A stretch of 64,000 nt of DNA from the human T2T-CHM13v2.0 reference genome, Homo sapiens. The stretch is from assembly GCF_009914755.1 (NCBI RefSeq), contig NC_060929.1. One strand, given 5' to 3'. Position numbers and translations under genes: made by a program. Position 1 is the first letter of the stretch; every line of letters begins with the position of its first letter. Under the pieces are notes generated by a model, which saw nothing but the letters and a program-made list of their open reading frames with translations, searched no databases and was not told where the DNA came from. Positions 34,279-47,534 of this stretch are shown piece by piece.

Positions 34279-37200
34279 CACTGCCCGATCGCCTTGGAAG
34301 ACCCCTGGACCATCATGGATGCCGAGCTTCGGGTAACTCTTACAGTGGAGGGTAAGTCCATTCCCTGTTTAATCAATACGGGGGCTACCCACTCCACATT
34401 ACCTTCTTTTCAAGGGCCTGTTTTCCTTGCCTCCATAACTGTTGTGGGTATTGACAGCCAGGCTTCAAGACCCCTTAAAACTCCCCAACTCTGGTGCCAA
34501 CTTGGACAACATTCTTTTATGCACTCTTTTTTAGTTCTCCCCACCTGCCCAGTTCCCTTATTAGGCCGAGACATTTTAACTAAATTATCTGTTTCCCTGA
34601 CTATTCCTGGACTACAGCCACACCTCATTGCTGCCCTTTTACCCGATTCAAGGCCTCCTTTGAATCCTCCTCTCGTGTCTCCCTCCCTACCTTAATCCAA
34701 AAGTATGGGATACCTCTACTCCCTCCTTGGCGACCAATCAGGCACCCCTTACCATCCCATTAAAACCTAATCACCCTTACCCCGCTCAACGCCAGTACCC
34801 CATCCCACAACAGGCTTTAAGAGGACTAAAGCCTGTTATCACTCACCTGTTACAGCATGGCCTTTTAAAGCTCACAAATTCTCCTTACAATTCTCCTATC
34901 CTACCTGTCCAGAAACCAGACAAATCTTACAGGTTGGTTCAGGATCTTCGCTTTATTAACCAAATTGTCTTACCTATCCAGCCTGTGGTGCCAAACCCAT
35001 ACACTCTCCTATCCTCCATACCTCCCTCCACAACTCATTATTCTGTCCTCGACCTCAAAGATGCTTTCTTCACTATTCCTTTGCACCCCTCATTCCAACC
35101 TCTTTTCACTTTCACATGGATTGACCCTGACAGCCACCAATCTCAGCAACCCACCTGGACTGTACTGCCAAGGCTTCAGAGACAGCCCCCATTACTTTAG
35201 TCAAGCTCTTTCTCATGATCTACTTTCTTTCCATCCGTTTCTCACCTTATTCAATATATGGACGACCTTCTCCTCTGCAGCCCCTCTTACGAATCTTCCC
35301 AACAGGACATCCTCCTGCTCCTTCAACATCTGTTCTCAAAGAAGTATCGCGTATCCCCCTCTAAAGCCCAGATTTCTTCCCCATCCGTTACCGATCTTGG
35401 CATAGTCCTTCATCAAAACACAAGTGCTCTCCCTGCTGTGTCCAGCTAATCTCCGAAACCCCAACCCCTTCTACAAAGCAACAACTCCTTTCCTTCCTAG
35501 GCGTGGTTGCACACTTTCGCCTTTGGATACCAGGTTTTGCCATCCTAACTAAACCACTATATAAACTCACAAAGGGAAACCTGACTGACCCCACAGACCC
35601 TAAGTCCTTTCCCCATTCTTCTTTTTGTTCCTTAAAGACAGCCCTAGAAACAGCTCCCACATTAGCACTCCCTAATTCATCCCAATCCTTCTTCTTACAT
35701 ATGGCTGAAAAACAAGGCTGTGCGGTCGGAGTTCTCTTACACAGGAATCAGGCCCATGACCTGTAGTCTTCCTATCCAAATAACTTAACCTCACAGTTCT
35801 AGGCTGGCCCTCATGTCTACGTGAAGTGGCAGCCACCACTTCAATACTTCTAGAGGCCCTCAAGATCACAAACCATTCCCCACTTACTCTCTACAACTCT
35901 CATAACTTTCAAAATCTATTTTTCTCCTCACACTTGAAGCATATACTTTCTGCCCGACTCCTTCAACCGTACTCACTGTTCATTGAAATTCCTACAATTA
36001 CCATTATTCCTGGCACAGACTTCAACCCGGCCTCTCACCTTATACCTAGCACCAAACCTGAACCTCGTGACTGTATCTCTCTAATCCATATGGCATTCTC
36101 CCCATTTCCCCATATTTCCCTCTTTCCTGTTCCTAATCCAGACTGCGCTTGGTTTACTGATGGTAGTTCTTCAAGGCCCAATCGTTAGTCATCGGCAAGG
36201 GCAGGCTATGCTGTAGTGTCTTCCACATCTGTCACTGAAGCTTCCTGCCCTGCCCGCTTCCACTACCTCTCAACGTGCCAAACTTATTGCTTTAACCCGG
36301 GCTCTCACCCTTGCAAAGGGACTACATGTCAATATCTACACTAATTCCAAGTATGCTTTCCACATCCTACATCACCATGCTGTTATATGGGCAGAAAGAG
36401 GTTTTCTCACCACACAAGGGTCCTCCATCATCAACGCTTCCTTAATAAGAATCCTCCTTAAGGCTGCTCTACTGCCCAAGGAAGCCGGAGTCATTCACCG
36501 CAAGGGGCATCAAAGGTCACCAGATCCCACTGCTTGAGGCAACGCTTATGCTGACAATGCAGCAAAAGTAGCAGCTAGTATTCTCACATCTGTCCCTCAC
36601 GACCAGTTTTTTTCCTTCTCATTTATCACTCCCACCTATTCTCCCACTGAAACTATTACTTATCAATCCCTTCCTACTCAAGGCAAATGGTTCTTGGATC
36701 AAGGAAAATTCCTCCTTCCTGCCTCACAGGCTCATTCTATCTTATCATTCTTTCATGACCTTTTTCATGTGGGTTACAAGCCAATGGCCCATCTCTTACA
36801 ACCTCTCATTTCTTTTCCATCATGGAAATCCATCCTCAAGGAAATTATTTCTCAGGGTTCCATCTGCTACTCTACCACCCCTCAGGGATATCTCAGGCCC
36901 CCTCCCTTTCCGACACATCAAGCTCGAGGATCTGCCCCCACACAAGACTGGCAGATTGACTTTACCCATATGCCCCGACTCAAAAAACTAAGATACCTTT
37001 TGGTCTGGGTAGATACATTCACTGGATGGGTAGAGGCCCACAGGGTCTGAGAAGGCCACCGCAGTCATTTCTTCCTGTCAGACATAATTCCTCAGTTTGA
37101 CCTTCCCACCTCTATACAGTCCGATAACGGACCGGCCTTCATTAGTCAGGTCCCTCAAGCAGTCTCCCAGGCCTTCGGCATCCAGTGGAACCTTCATTCC

Positions 37201-37780
37201 CCCTACCATCCTAAATCTTCAGGAATGGTAGAAAGAACTAATGGTCTTTTAAAAACACCTCACCAAACTCAGCCTCCAAATTAAAAAAGACTGGACTGTA
37301 CTTTTACCATTTGCCCTCCTTAGAATTAGAGCCTGTCCTCAAGAAGCTACAGGGTATAGTCCATTTGAACTTTTATATGGATGTACCTTCTTGTTGGGCC
37401 TCAATCTCGTGCCAGACACCAGCCCTCTAGGCGACTATCTTCCAGTCCTCCAGCAGGCTAGACAGGAAATTCACCAGGCTGCTAATCTTCTCTTGTCTAC
37501 TCCAGATTCCCAGCCATATGAAGACACCCTAGCTGGATGATCAGTTCTTGTTAAGAATCTGATCCCTCAAACTCTATAATCTTGATGGACCAGACCCTAC
37601 TTAGTCATCTACAGTACCCTAACTGCCGTCCGCCTGCAGGACCCTCCCCATTGGGTTCACCATTCTGGAATAAAGCTGTGTCCATTGGACAGCCAGCCTG
37701 ATCCCTCCTCTTCCTCTTGGAAGTCACAAGTACTCTCCCCTACTTCCCTTAAACTCACTCGCATTTCTGAAGAACAGTAA
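34279..37780 (+). pseudogene. pol: ERV pro-pol pseudogene (protease, RT, RNase H, integrase)
   Basis: Protease LINTGAT (catalytic D changed to N), RT LDLKDAFF and YMDD (35255-66), RNase H WFTDGSS, integrase WQIDFTHMP and SDNGPAF. Many stops and frameshifts. Confidence 0.92.
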
Positions 37781-38865
37781 TAACCCTTATGAGCCTAATA
37801 CATCCTTTCATCCTATTAGGTCTATTCGTCCTTACCCTACTTTTTGCAACATGGCTTTACGCAGTCACCCCCACTACTTGGACTGCACCCCAAAAACTTG
37901 TCATCCCTACTATCTTCTGTCTAGTTATACTCCTATTCACCATTCTCAACTACTCGTAAATGCCCTGCCCTTGTTTACACTGCCGGTTTACACTTTTCCT
38001 CCGAACCATCGTAACTGATTATCTTCTGGTTTTACCTCAAACCGCCACCCTTAACTCTCTCTTGGAGTGGATAGAAGATCTTCAGTGGCAAGGTACACTC
38101 CAATTCTTCTATCCTGATGAAGTCCTTTTTTTTAACTTTTCTACTCACTCTTATCCCTGCCCCTATTCTCCAGTCACTCTCTACCTCTCCCTAGTTACCT
38201 CCAGCATACTATCAATTGCACCCACTCTCTCCTCACTGCCTCCAATCCTTCTCTAGCAAAGAATTGTTGGCTATGTGTTTCCCTTTCTTCCTGCTCTTAC
38301 ACAGATGTCCCCACTCTATAGGCTGACTGGGCTACCTCTCTTGTCTCCCGGCACCTCCAAACCTCCTTTAATAGCCCCCATCTTTACCTGCCTGAGGAAC
38401 TTCTTTACTTTCTAGACAGATTTGGTGAGAACTCCCCAGACATTTCACACCAACAAGCTGCCACACTACTCCGCATCTACTTATGGCACCTTTCTCCTTA
38501 TGTCAATTCCATCCCCCCATATTTGGACCCCTAACCACACAAACAACTATCCCTGTTGCCACTCCTTTATGCATCTTCCAACAACAGCTTACTGGAATCC
38601 CTTTAGGCAAACTTCCACCGTCCAAATGTTCCTTTATTCTTTATCTCCAGAACCCAGTCACGCACATTAACAAACAGATGGGAGCATTCCAACTTCGCAT
38701 TACTGATAAGCCCTCTATCATTATTGACAAACTAAAAAACATTAGCAGTCACTATTGTTTAAGAAGACACCTACTCTGCATCTCACTCAATCCTTGGCTT
38801 TGCTCCCCCTGCTCATCTGACTCTCTGCCCAGCACCTCCTCTTGCTTGCTTATATCCAGCCCCAT

Positions 38866-40521
38866 TGTGTCCGAAATTGGTGGGTTCTTGGTCTCACTAA
38901 CTTCAAGAATGAAGCCGCGGACCCTCGTAGTGAGTGTTACAGTTCTTAAAGGTGGTGTGTCCAGAGTTTGTTCCTTCTGATGTTCGGACGTGTTTGGAGT
39001 TTCTTTCTTCTGGCGGGTTCGTGGTCTCGCTGGCTTCAGGAGTGAAGCTGCAGGCCTTCGCGGTGAGTGTTACAGCTCTTAAGGCGGCACCTCTGGAGTT
39101 GTTCGCTCCTCCCGTCTGGAGTTGTTCATTCCTCCTGGTGGGTTCATGGTCTTGCTGGCCTCAGGAGTGAAGCTGCAGACCTTCCCGGTGAATGTTAAAG
39201 CTCATAAAGGCAGTATGGACCCAAAGAGTGAGCAGCAGCAAGATTTATTGCAAAAAGCAAAAGAACAAAGTTTCCACAGTGTGGAAGGGGACAGGAGCAG
39301 GTTGCCTGCTGGCTGGCACAGCCTGCTTTTATTCCCTTATCTGGCCCCACCCACATCCTGCTGATTGGTCCATTTTACAGAGAGCTGATTAGTCCATTTT
39401 ACAGAGAGCTGATTGGTCCGTTTTGACAGGGTGCTGATTGGTGCGTTTACAATCCCTGAGCTAGACAGAGTGCTGACTGGTGCATTTACAATCCTCTAGC
39501 TAGACACCAAAGTTCTCCAAGTCCCCACTACATTAGCTAGACACAGAGCACTGATTGGTGCATTTACAAACCTTGAGCTAGACACAGGGTGCTGACTGGT
39601 GCATTTACAATCCTTTAGCTAGAAACAAAAGTTCTCCAAGTCCCCACTAGATTAGCTAGACACAGAGCACTGACTGGTGCATTTACAAACCTTTAGCTAG
39701 ACACAGAGTGCTGAATGGTGCATTTACAATCCTTTAGCTAGACATAAAAGTTCTCCACGTCCCCACTAGATTAGCTAGATACAGAGTGCTGATTGGCGCA
39801 TATACAATCCCTGAGCTAGACACAGAGTGCTGATTGGTACATTTACAATCCTGTAGCTAGACATAAAAGTTCTCCAAGACCCCACCCGACTCAGGAGCCC
39901 AGCTGGCTTTGCCTAGTGGACCCAGCACCAGGGCTGCGGGCAGAGCTGCTCGTCAGTCCCAAGCTGCGCGCCTGCACTCCTCAGCCCTTGGGTGGTCGAT
40001 GGGACCAGGCGCCGCAGAGCAGGGGGTGGCACCCATTGGGGAGGCTCGGGCCGCGTGGGAGCCCACTGTGGGGGGGGCTCGGGCATGGCGGGCTGCAGGT
40101 CCCCAGCTCTGCCCCATGGAGAGGCAGCTGAGGCCTGGTGAGAATTCGAGCGTGGCATGGGCAGGCCGGCAGTGCTGGGGGAACCAGCGCCTCCTCCACA
40201 GCTGCCGGCACGGGTGTTAAGCCCCTTACTGCCCAGGGCCGGCAGCACCAGCCGGTCACTCCGAGTGTGGGGCCCACCAAGCCCACGCCCACCCGGAACT
40301 TGTGCTGGCCGCACGAGCGCTGAGCGCAGCCCCTGTTCCTGCCCACCCCTCTCCCTCCACAACTCCCTACAAGCAGAGGAAGCTGGCTCCAGCCTCAGCC
40401 AGCCCTGAGAGGGGCTCCCACAGTGCAGCGGCGGGCTGAAGGGCTCCTCAAGCGTGGCCAGAGCAGATGCCGAGGAGGCGGTGAGAGCGAGAGAGGGCCG
40501 CCAGCACGTTGTCACCTCTCA
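38866..40521 (-). mobile_element. LTR12-family (ERV9) solo LTR, 1656 bp, sense to RAPGEF6
   Basis: Minus strand begins TGAGAGGTGACAACGTGCTGG and ends ...CCAATTTCGGACACA. GC/CpG-rich 5' part and tandem CCAAT repeats. Degenerate 4-bp TSD CCAT/CGGT. Confidence 0.93.
39300..39880 (-). promoter_or_regulatory. LTR12 U3 tandem enhancer repeats plus core promoter
   Basis: About 11 repeat positions, 6 with intact CCAATCAG (NF-Y type). AGATAA (GATA) at 39337-42 and a TATA-like AATAAAA at 39327-33 on the minus strand. Confidence 0.75.
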
Positions 40522-41645
40522 CGGTGAATAGCAGTGAAAGGTTATTCATAGACACTATGTGTTTTCTCATACACCATGAGAACAGAACCTCTCCCTCTAC
40601 GCAGTTGCAACATCAGTTCCCATTACAACCTCTAATGGCTGCTGCCCTTGCTGGATCTCTAGGATTTGGGGTGCAGGACTCCTCTTGCAGTACACCCTCT
40701 CACCTTTTCACTTTACATTTCCAGTTCTGACTGACACAAGGTCTCTTCTTTTTATGTGCCTCTTCCACCCACATGTGCCTACCCGCCAACTGGAAGGGCA
40801 CATGTACTCTAGTCTTCCTTACCCCCAAAATCCAGCTTGCAGATGGGAATGAACAACTGCCTGTCTCCCTCATGACACCAACACGACAAAAAGAGTCATC
40901 CCAGTAATCCCTTTACTTGTGGATCTAGGACTTTCTGCCTCCACTACCAGACTTGGAACTGGAATAGCAGGCATCTCAACCTCTGTCACAACATTCCGCA
41001 GCCTCTCCAATGACTTCTCTGCTAGCATTACAGACATATCACAAACTTTATCTGTCCTCCAAGCTCAGGTTGACTCTTTAGCCGCAGCTGTCCTCTAGAA
41101 CCGCCGAGGCCTTGATTTACTCACTGCTGAAAAAGGAGGACTCTGTATATTTCTTAATGAAAAGTGTTGTTTTTACTTAAATTAATCTGGCTTGGTATAT
41201 AACATCAAAAAACTCAAAGACAGAGCTCAAAAACTCACTAATCAGGCAACTAATTACACTGGACCCACCTGGCTACTCTCTAACTGAGTATCCTGGCTTC
41301 TTCCAATTGTTAGTCCTCTAATACCTATCTTCCTCCTTCTCTTCTTACTCAGGCCTTGGGTCTTCCGATTAATCTCTCAATTCCTACGAAACTGCATCCA
41401 GGCTATCACTAATCACTCTACACAACAAATGCTGCTTTTAACTCTACAATATCACCCCTTACCCCAACATCTTACTTCAGTCTAATCTCTCCCACTTAGG
41501 TTCCCGTGCCGCCCCTAATCCAGCTCAAAGCAGCCCTGAGAAACCTCACCCATCACCCCTCCATACCGCCCCCAAAATTTTCACCCCAAGTTTTCACTAC
41601 TCTTTTTCATTTTATTTCTTCATTATTAACATAAAAAGACAGGAA

Positions 41646-42118
41646 TGTAAGGTCCTCTGAGCTGGGCACACCATGGTCAAGTCATGGTGACATTCCCCCA
41701 GTCCTTGTGATAATGTACTTGGTGATATTCCCCATCCTTGCAAATGTACTTTGTTAACATTCCTCCCTGCCCTTGTGAATGTACTTTGTAACATTCCTCC
41801 CCACCAACCCTTGTGACAATACACCCTCCCTGCCCTTGTGAAAGTATGTTACTTTGTAACATCCTCCTCACCCTTGTGAATGTATTTTGTAACATCCTCC
41901 CAGCCCTTGAGAATGTACTTTGTAATATCCATCCCCTGCCGGCAAAAAATTGCTCCTAACTCCACCACCTATCCCAAACCTATAAGAACCAATGATAATC
42001 CCACCACCATTCACTGACTCCTTTCCCAGACTCAGCCTACCTGCATCCAAGTGAATAAATAGCCTTGTTGCTCACACTAAGCCTGCTCAGATGGTCTCTT
42101 ATATGGATGCAGGTAACA
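41646..42118 (+). mobile_element. 3' LTR of provirus (473 bp)
   Basis: Starts TGTAAGGTCCTCTGAG after the PPT. AATAAA at 42054-59, ends GTAACA followed by the TSD. Confidence 0.9.
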
Positions 42119-43076
42119 CATACCACCTGATTTCATGATTTATTATAAAGCTACAGTAATCAGGATAATGTGGTATGGTATCAAGATAGAAAAATAAGTG
42201 AAACAAAAAGTTGGGAAATATACCCACAAATACACTGTCAATTAAATTCTAATAAAGGTGCAAAGGCAATCCAGAAGAGAACAAATATTTTCATCAACAA
42301 ATGGTGCTGGAACAATTGAGGATGCACAGGCAAAAAGATAAAATTAGATCCACACCTCATATCATATACAAAAATTGGTTTAAATAGATCACACACCTAA
42401 ATAGATCATAGTAAAAGCTAAAACTGTAAAACTTCCAGAAAAAAAAATTAAGAAAATTATTTGCAACCTTGGGTTAATAGCAGATTTTACATATGACCCC
42501 CAAAACATAGTCCATTCAGGGAAAAAAATGATAAACTTAACATCAAAATTAAGTACTTCTGCTCTTTGAAACACAATTAAGAGGGAAAATACAATGCACA
42601 AATAGGGAGAAAATATTTGCAAATTATATCCCTGTTAAAGGACTTACATATAGCATACAAGAACTTTTGAAGCACATACAGAACTTTTGAAGCACAAAAT
42701 AAGAATTTTATTATCAAAAATGGGTCAAAGGCTCAGAGACACTTCATAAAAGATATGAATTCTCATAGACTGCCGGTGAGAATATAAAATGATACAGCTT
42801 TGGAGAAGAGTAAGGCACTTTCTTAAAGGTTAAACATGCATCGACCATATAACTTATTGCTAGGTATTTTTCAAAATATATGAAAGTATGTATTCACATA
42901 AACACGTACAAAATCTAGCCATCTACTCCTACATATTATGCAGAGAGATGAAAGTATATGACCATATACCTTGTACACAAATGTCCATAACAACATTCTT
43001 TGCAAAATAGTCAATAACAGTCAACAACTCAAATGTCCATCAGCAGTTGAATGCTAAACAAATAGTGGAACATCCA

Positions 43077-43768
43077 TATAAACTAACAATAAAATCCTAA
43101 ACCCCAATCGACTAAATGGACCCCCTCTTGGCCAGGGGCACCCCAGAGAAACCTTGAAAACTGAGTTCCCAGCCATGATGGGAAGGGAGGTCAGACATGC
43201 CTTGTTATATCCCCTCCATTGTGAAGTTTAGACACAACTTATGAGTATTAATTGTTTTTTAAAACAGAGATCATAAGACTGACAAAACAGACCCTTTGTG
43301 GCAATAAGATGCCAAATTATAAATAAGACCTAAGGCCATGCAAGGCAAGGATTAAGTCACACCTGCAGACCAACAATGTCACTGAACAGGTCATTTTATT
43401 GTAACTGACTTGGACATAGCATTCTTAACTTAAACATTCCTTTCTGCTGATTCCAAATTTTCGACAGAGCCTTACTCCTTTAACCAATTAAGGTTCTCTG
43501 GATCCACCTATAATCTATAACCCCCTGCTTCAAGACATCCTGCCTTTTTGGGCTGAACTAATTGTATCCCTTCCACATACTGATTTGTGTCTTTGCCTCT
43601 TAACTCCTGCCTCCCTGAAATATATAAAACCAAACTGTAGCCCAACCACCTTAGGGCCACTTACTCAAGGCTTCCTGAATTTGTCTTTTCCCCTGGCCAT
43701 GGTTATTCATACTGGCTCAGAATAAATCTCTTTAAGATATTTTACAGAGTTTGGTTTTCCTGTTAACA
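43077..43768 (+). mobile_element. MER4-group ERV1 solo LTR
   Basis: 4-bp TSD TCCA on both sides, ends ...TGTTAACA, AATAAA near the 3' end. Family is from recall. Confidence 0.72.
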
Positions 43769-44246
43769 TCCATGAGAGAACACTGCATTAAGAAGAAATG
43801 AAATATTGATACACATAACACGGATAAACCTCAAAATAATTTTACTGAGTGCAAGAAGCTGAATGAGAAAAGAGTACATACTGTATGTTTCACCTTACAC
43901 AAAAATTTTATAACATGTAAACTAATCTACATTGATGAAAAATGAGTAATGGCCTGGGACCAAGGAAGGGAGCAGGGAACTATGAGAGGGAAAGTGTACA
44001 AAGTGGCATGAGGAAACTTTTTCTAGTGATAGAGCTTATTATCTTTGTAATACTGGTGGTTTTACATGTGTTTATATATGCCAAAGCTTATCAAACTGTA
44101 TACTATAAATCGTGCTGTTCAGTGTATGTCAGTTATACTTCAATAAAGTTTTAAAAATAAATAAAAATGCAAGTCAAATTAATGGGATAAAATGGTTAAC
44201 AGACAGCTTGCATCCTGGATGTAGAAAGATTCTTATAGAATAATAA

Positions 44247-44890
44247 TGAAACTGCCTCTGCAAAGTTATAACCATAAGAAAATTATGACAGTGAAAGAGA
44301 TCTGATCTAACCAATACCCAGCTTTCCTTTAACCTCTAAACTGCCCTCAATCATTCCTTGGCCCCGGCCACCCTAACTTTAGGAAACATTTATAGTTTAA
44401 ATGATAACTAAACTGCTTTTGTAAAGCTAATGAAAGAAAGACCACCAGATTACAAGGATGAGGAGCTGAATTCTGCTAAGCTGTAGACATAAATGATTAC
44501 CAGTCATTATTCCAAAAGTCACAAGATTTGCAACTCCCTCAATTACTCCTGCAAGTAACAGTGCTATTGTAGAATTTGAGATTGGCCTATTGAGATGTCT
44601 TTTCAGGTTTTTAGCATTTCTGATGATTCATCAGTGGCCACCAGGACCCACAGACCTCCCGCTAACCAGTCCTGTGGCTTCACCCAGAATCCAGATTCCC
44701 TGGCCCACCAAACTATCCTTAAAAAATCCTAACCTCCAAATTTTGGGAGAGATGAATTTGAGTAATAACTCCATCTCCCACAGGGCGTGGCCAGCCTTGT
44801 GTCAATTAAACTCTTTATTACAATGCCATGGTCTCAGTGAATTGGTTTTGTCTGTACAGGTGGGCAGGAAGAATCCACTGGACAGTTACA
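44247..44890 (+). mobile_element. LTR8-like ERV1 solo LTR
   Basis: TGAAACTGCCTCTGCAAAG...GACAGTTACA with near-TSD ATAA/GTAA. Confidence 0.72.
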
Positions 44891-45228
44891 GTAATAACAG
44901 GAGTTTAACAACAGGCACACAAAATTTAAGGGATACTTTATTAAAGAAAAAACAGAAAGCAATGGCCAATAAGCATAAGGGCATAAGGAAAAGTGTTCAA
45001 CATCATTATTCATCAAAAACATGAAAATTAAAACTGGCACACACATATGTGGATATTTGATTTACATAAAAGGTGACACTAAATGAGTGAGAAAAGGACA
45101 TCTAGGTATCCCTATGGAAAACGACGCAACATTATACCATACCCAAAACTCAATTCCAGGTAGACTACAGATTTAACTGTGAAAGGAAAACAAGAAAAGT
45201 TCTAGAAAATAAGAAAAAAAAAAAAACT

Positions 45229-45249
45229 ATACATACATACATACATACA

Positions 45250-45281
<32 letters not shown>
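45229..45281. repeat. (TACA)n microsatellite
   Basis: About 12 perfect tetranucleotide units. Confidence 0.95.
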
Positions 45282-45284
<3 letters not shown>

Positions 45285-45295
45285 CTCCATGGCCT

Positions 45296-46061
<766 letters not shown>

Positions 46062-46292
46062 ACCTCAGAAACAGGAAAGACAAATTTTTCTACATTAGAA
46101 TTAAGAGCTCATGTTCATCCAAAGACGTTACTAACAGAATGAATACGACAATGAATAAGACAGAGTGGGGAAAAGTATTTCCAACAAAAATAACCAAGCA
46201 AGGTTTCTTATTCAGAATATATAAAAAATTTCTACATCTCAAAAACAAAAAGACAACTTATTAGGAAAATGAGGAACAGACCTGAGAAGTCA

Positions 46293-46586
<294 letters not shown>

Positions 46587-46827
46587 TCATTCTAATGAAA
46601 ATGTATTCATCGGCAGTCATTAAAATGCAAATCAAAACTATAAAATTGAAAAGAATGACTGAAATTAAGCAGCCAAAAACTTTAAAGTAAAAAGACTTGT
46701 ATTACTAAGTGTTGGTTAGAATGTGGAACAATGGGAACTCTCACACACCACTGGTGGGTGTGTAAATTAGTGCATCAATTTGGAATGCAACTTGGAATTA
46801 ACAAAGCTTAATGTAGGCACACCCTGT

Positions 46828-47162
46828 TGAGACAGTCAAGTGTAAAGGGGTTCCCAGAAAAATTCTAACTGGCCTGCACACTGGGAGAAGCACACACAGG
46901 GGTGGAGCCACAGAAGTCTGTGCCCTTTGCTGTGAGGAAGAGCCTGGCCCCTCCTCTTCCTGCATGGTACCTGGGATTCAATCTGCCAGGTGGGAAGCAT
47001 ACTAGCAGAAATTGGTTTTGCAGAGAATTCTTGTTTCCCCTTTTTCCTTTTTGCCCAATAGATTCCATTATTCTCATCCTTCAAAGTGTCTGTGAGCCTA
47101 GTATTTCATGGCTGTGTAACAAGACCCGGCTCTTAGCTGAACTAAAAGGAAGTCCTACAACA
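46828..47162 (+). mobile_element. MER61-like solo LTR
   Basis: TGAGACAG...CTACAACA with perfect TSD CTGT. Interrupts L1 3' sequence. Confidence 0.72.
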
Positions 47163-47534
47163 CTGTGAGCCAACAATTCCTTGTTAAGTATATACAACAG
47201 AAATGTATCCACATGTGCATCTAATATACAAAAATGTTCACAGCTGCATTACTTATAATAACCCTCAACTAAGGTATACATATCCACAGGCCAAAACTCT
47301 TCAGAGATACAAGACTGATTAAAATTCAGGAAACTGGTGTTGAGGAAAAGTAAGAGAGTAGATTTAAGAAAAGGCATGGAAGCTGCTTCTAGGTAATGAC
47401 AATGTTCAATTTCTTGATATGGGTAGTGATTAGACAAACATTCAATGTATAGTAACTCACTAACATGTAGATTTATGTTATCTGCACTTTTCCCCATATT
47501 ATATTTCTCAATAAAAGAGCTAAAACTAGAGAGT

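Larger units (their letters stand above)
38075..41485 (+). pseudogene. env: ERV env pseudogene interrupted by LTR12 (env parts about 38075-38865 and 40526-41485)
   Basis: CWLC motif (38265-76), frameshifted RQKR furin site near 40884, immunosuppressive domain L*NRRGLDLLTAEKGGLC, CX6CC (CIFLNEKCC) and a TM helix. The presumed start ATG is mutated to AAG. Confidence 0.88.
31737..42118 (+). mobile_element. Full-length HERV-H-like (probably HERV-H/F, HERVFH21-type) provirus, antisense to RAPGEF6
   Basis: Paired TG...CA LTRs, perfect 5-bp TSD CATAC (31732-36 and 42119-23), PBS, gag-pro-pol-env remnants and a PPT (aaaaagacaggaa, 41633-45). The flanks rejoin as L1 ORF2-like sequence. Confidence 0.93.

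Noticed and set aside
39360-39880. Regularly spaced repeats resembling a CRISPR array
   Set aside because: These are LTR12 U3 tandem enhancer repeats. There are no unique spacers or cas genes, and the context is eukaryotic.
39913-40515. 200-aa and overlapping GC-rich ORFs
   Set aside because: Chance ORFs in the GC-rich part of LTR12.
32660-41485. Functional or domesticated gag, pol or env protein
   Set aside because: Multiple stops and frameshifts, protease D-to-N, env start lost, a stop in the immunosuppressive domain and the LTR12 interruption. The longest fragments are under 190 aa.
42655-42696. Short tandem duplications in L1 remnants (also near 25047-25085, 30682-30718, 58902-58925, 59366-59435)
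   Set aside because: Ordinary slippage duplications in decayed repeats, with no sign of function.
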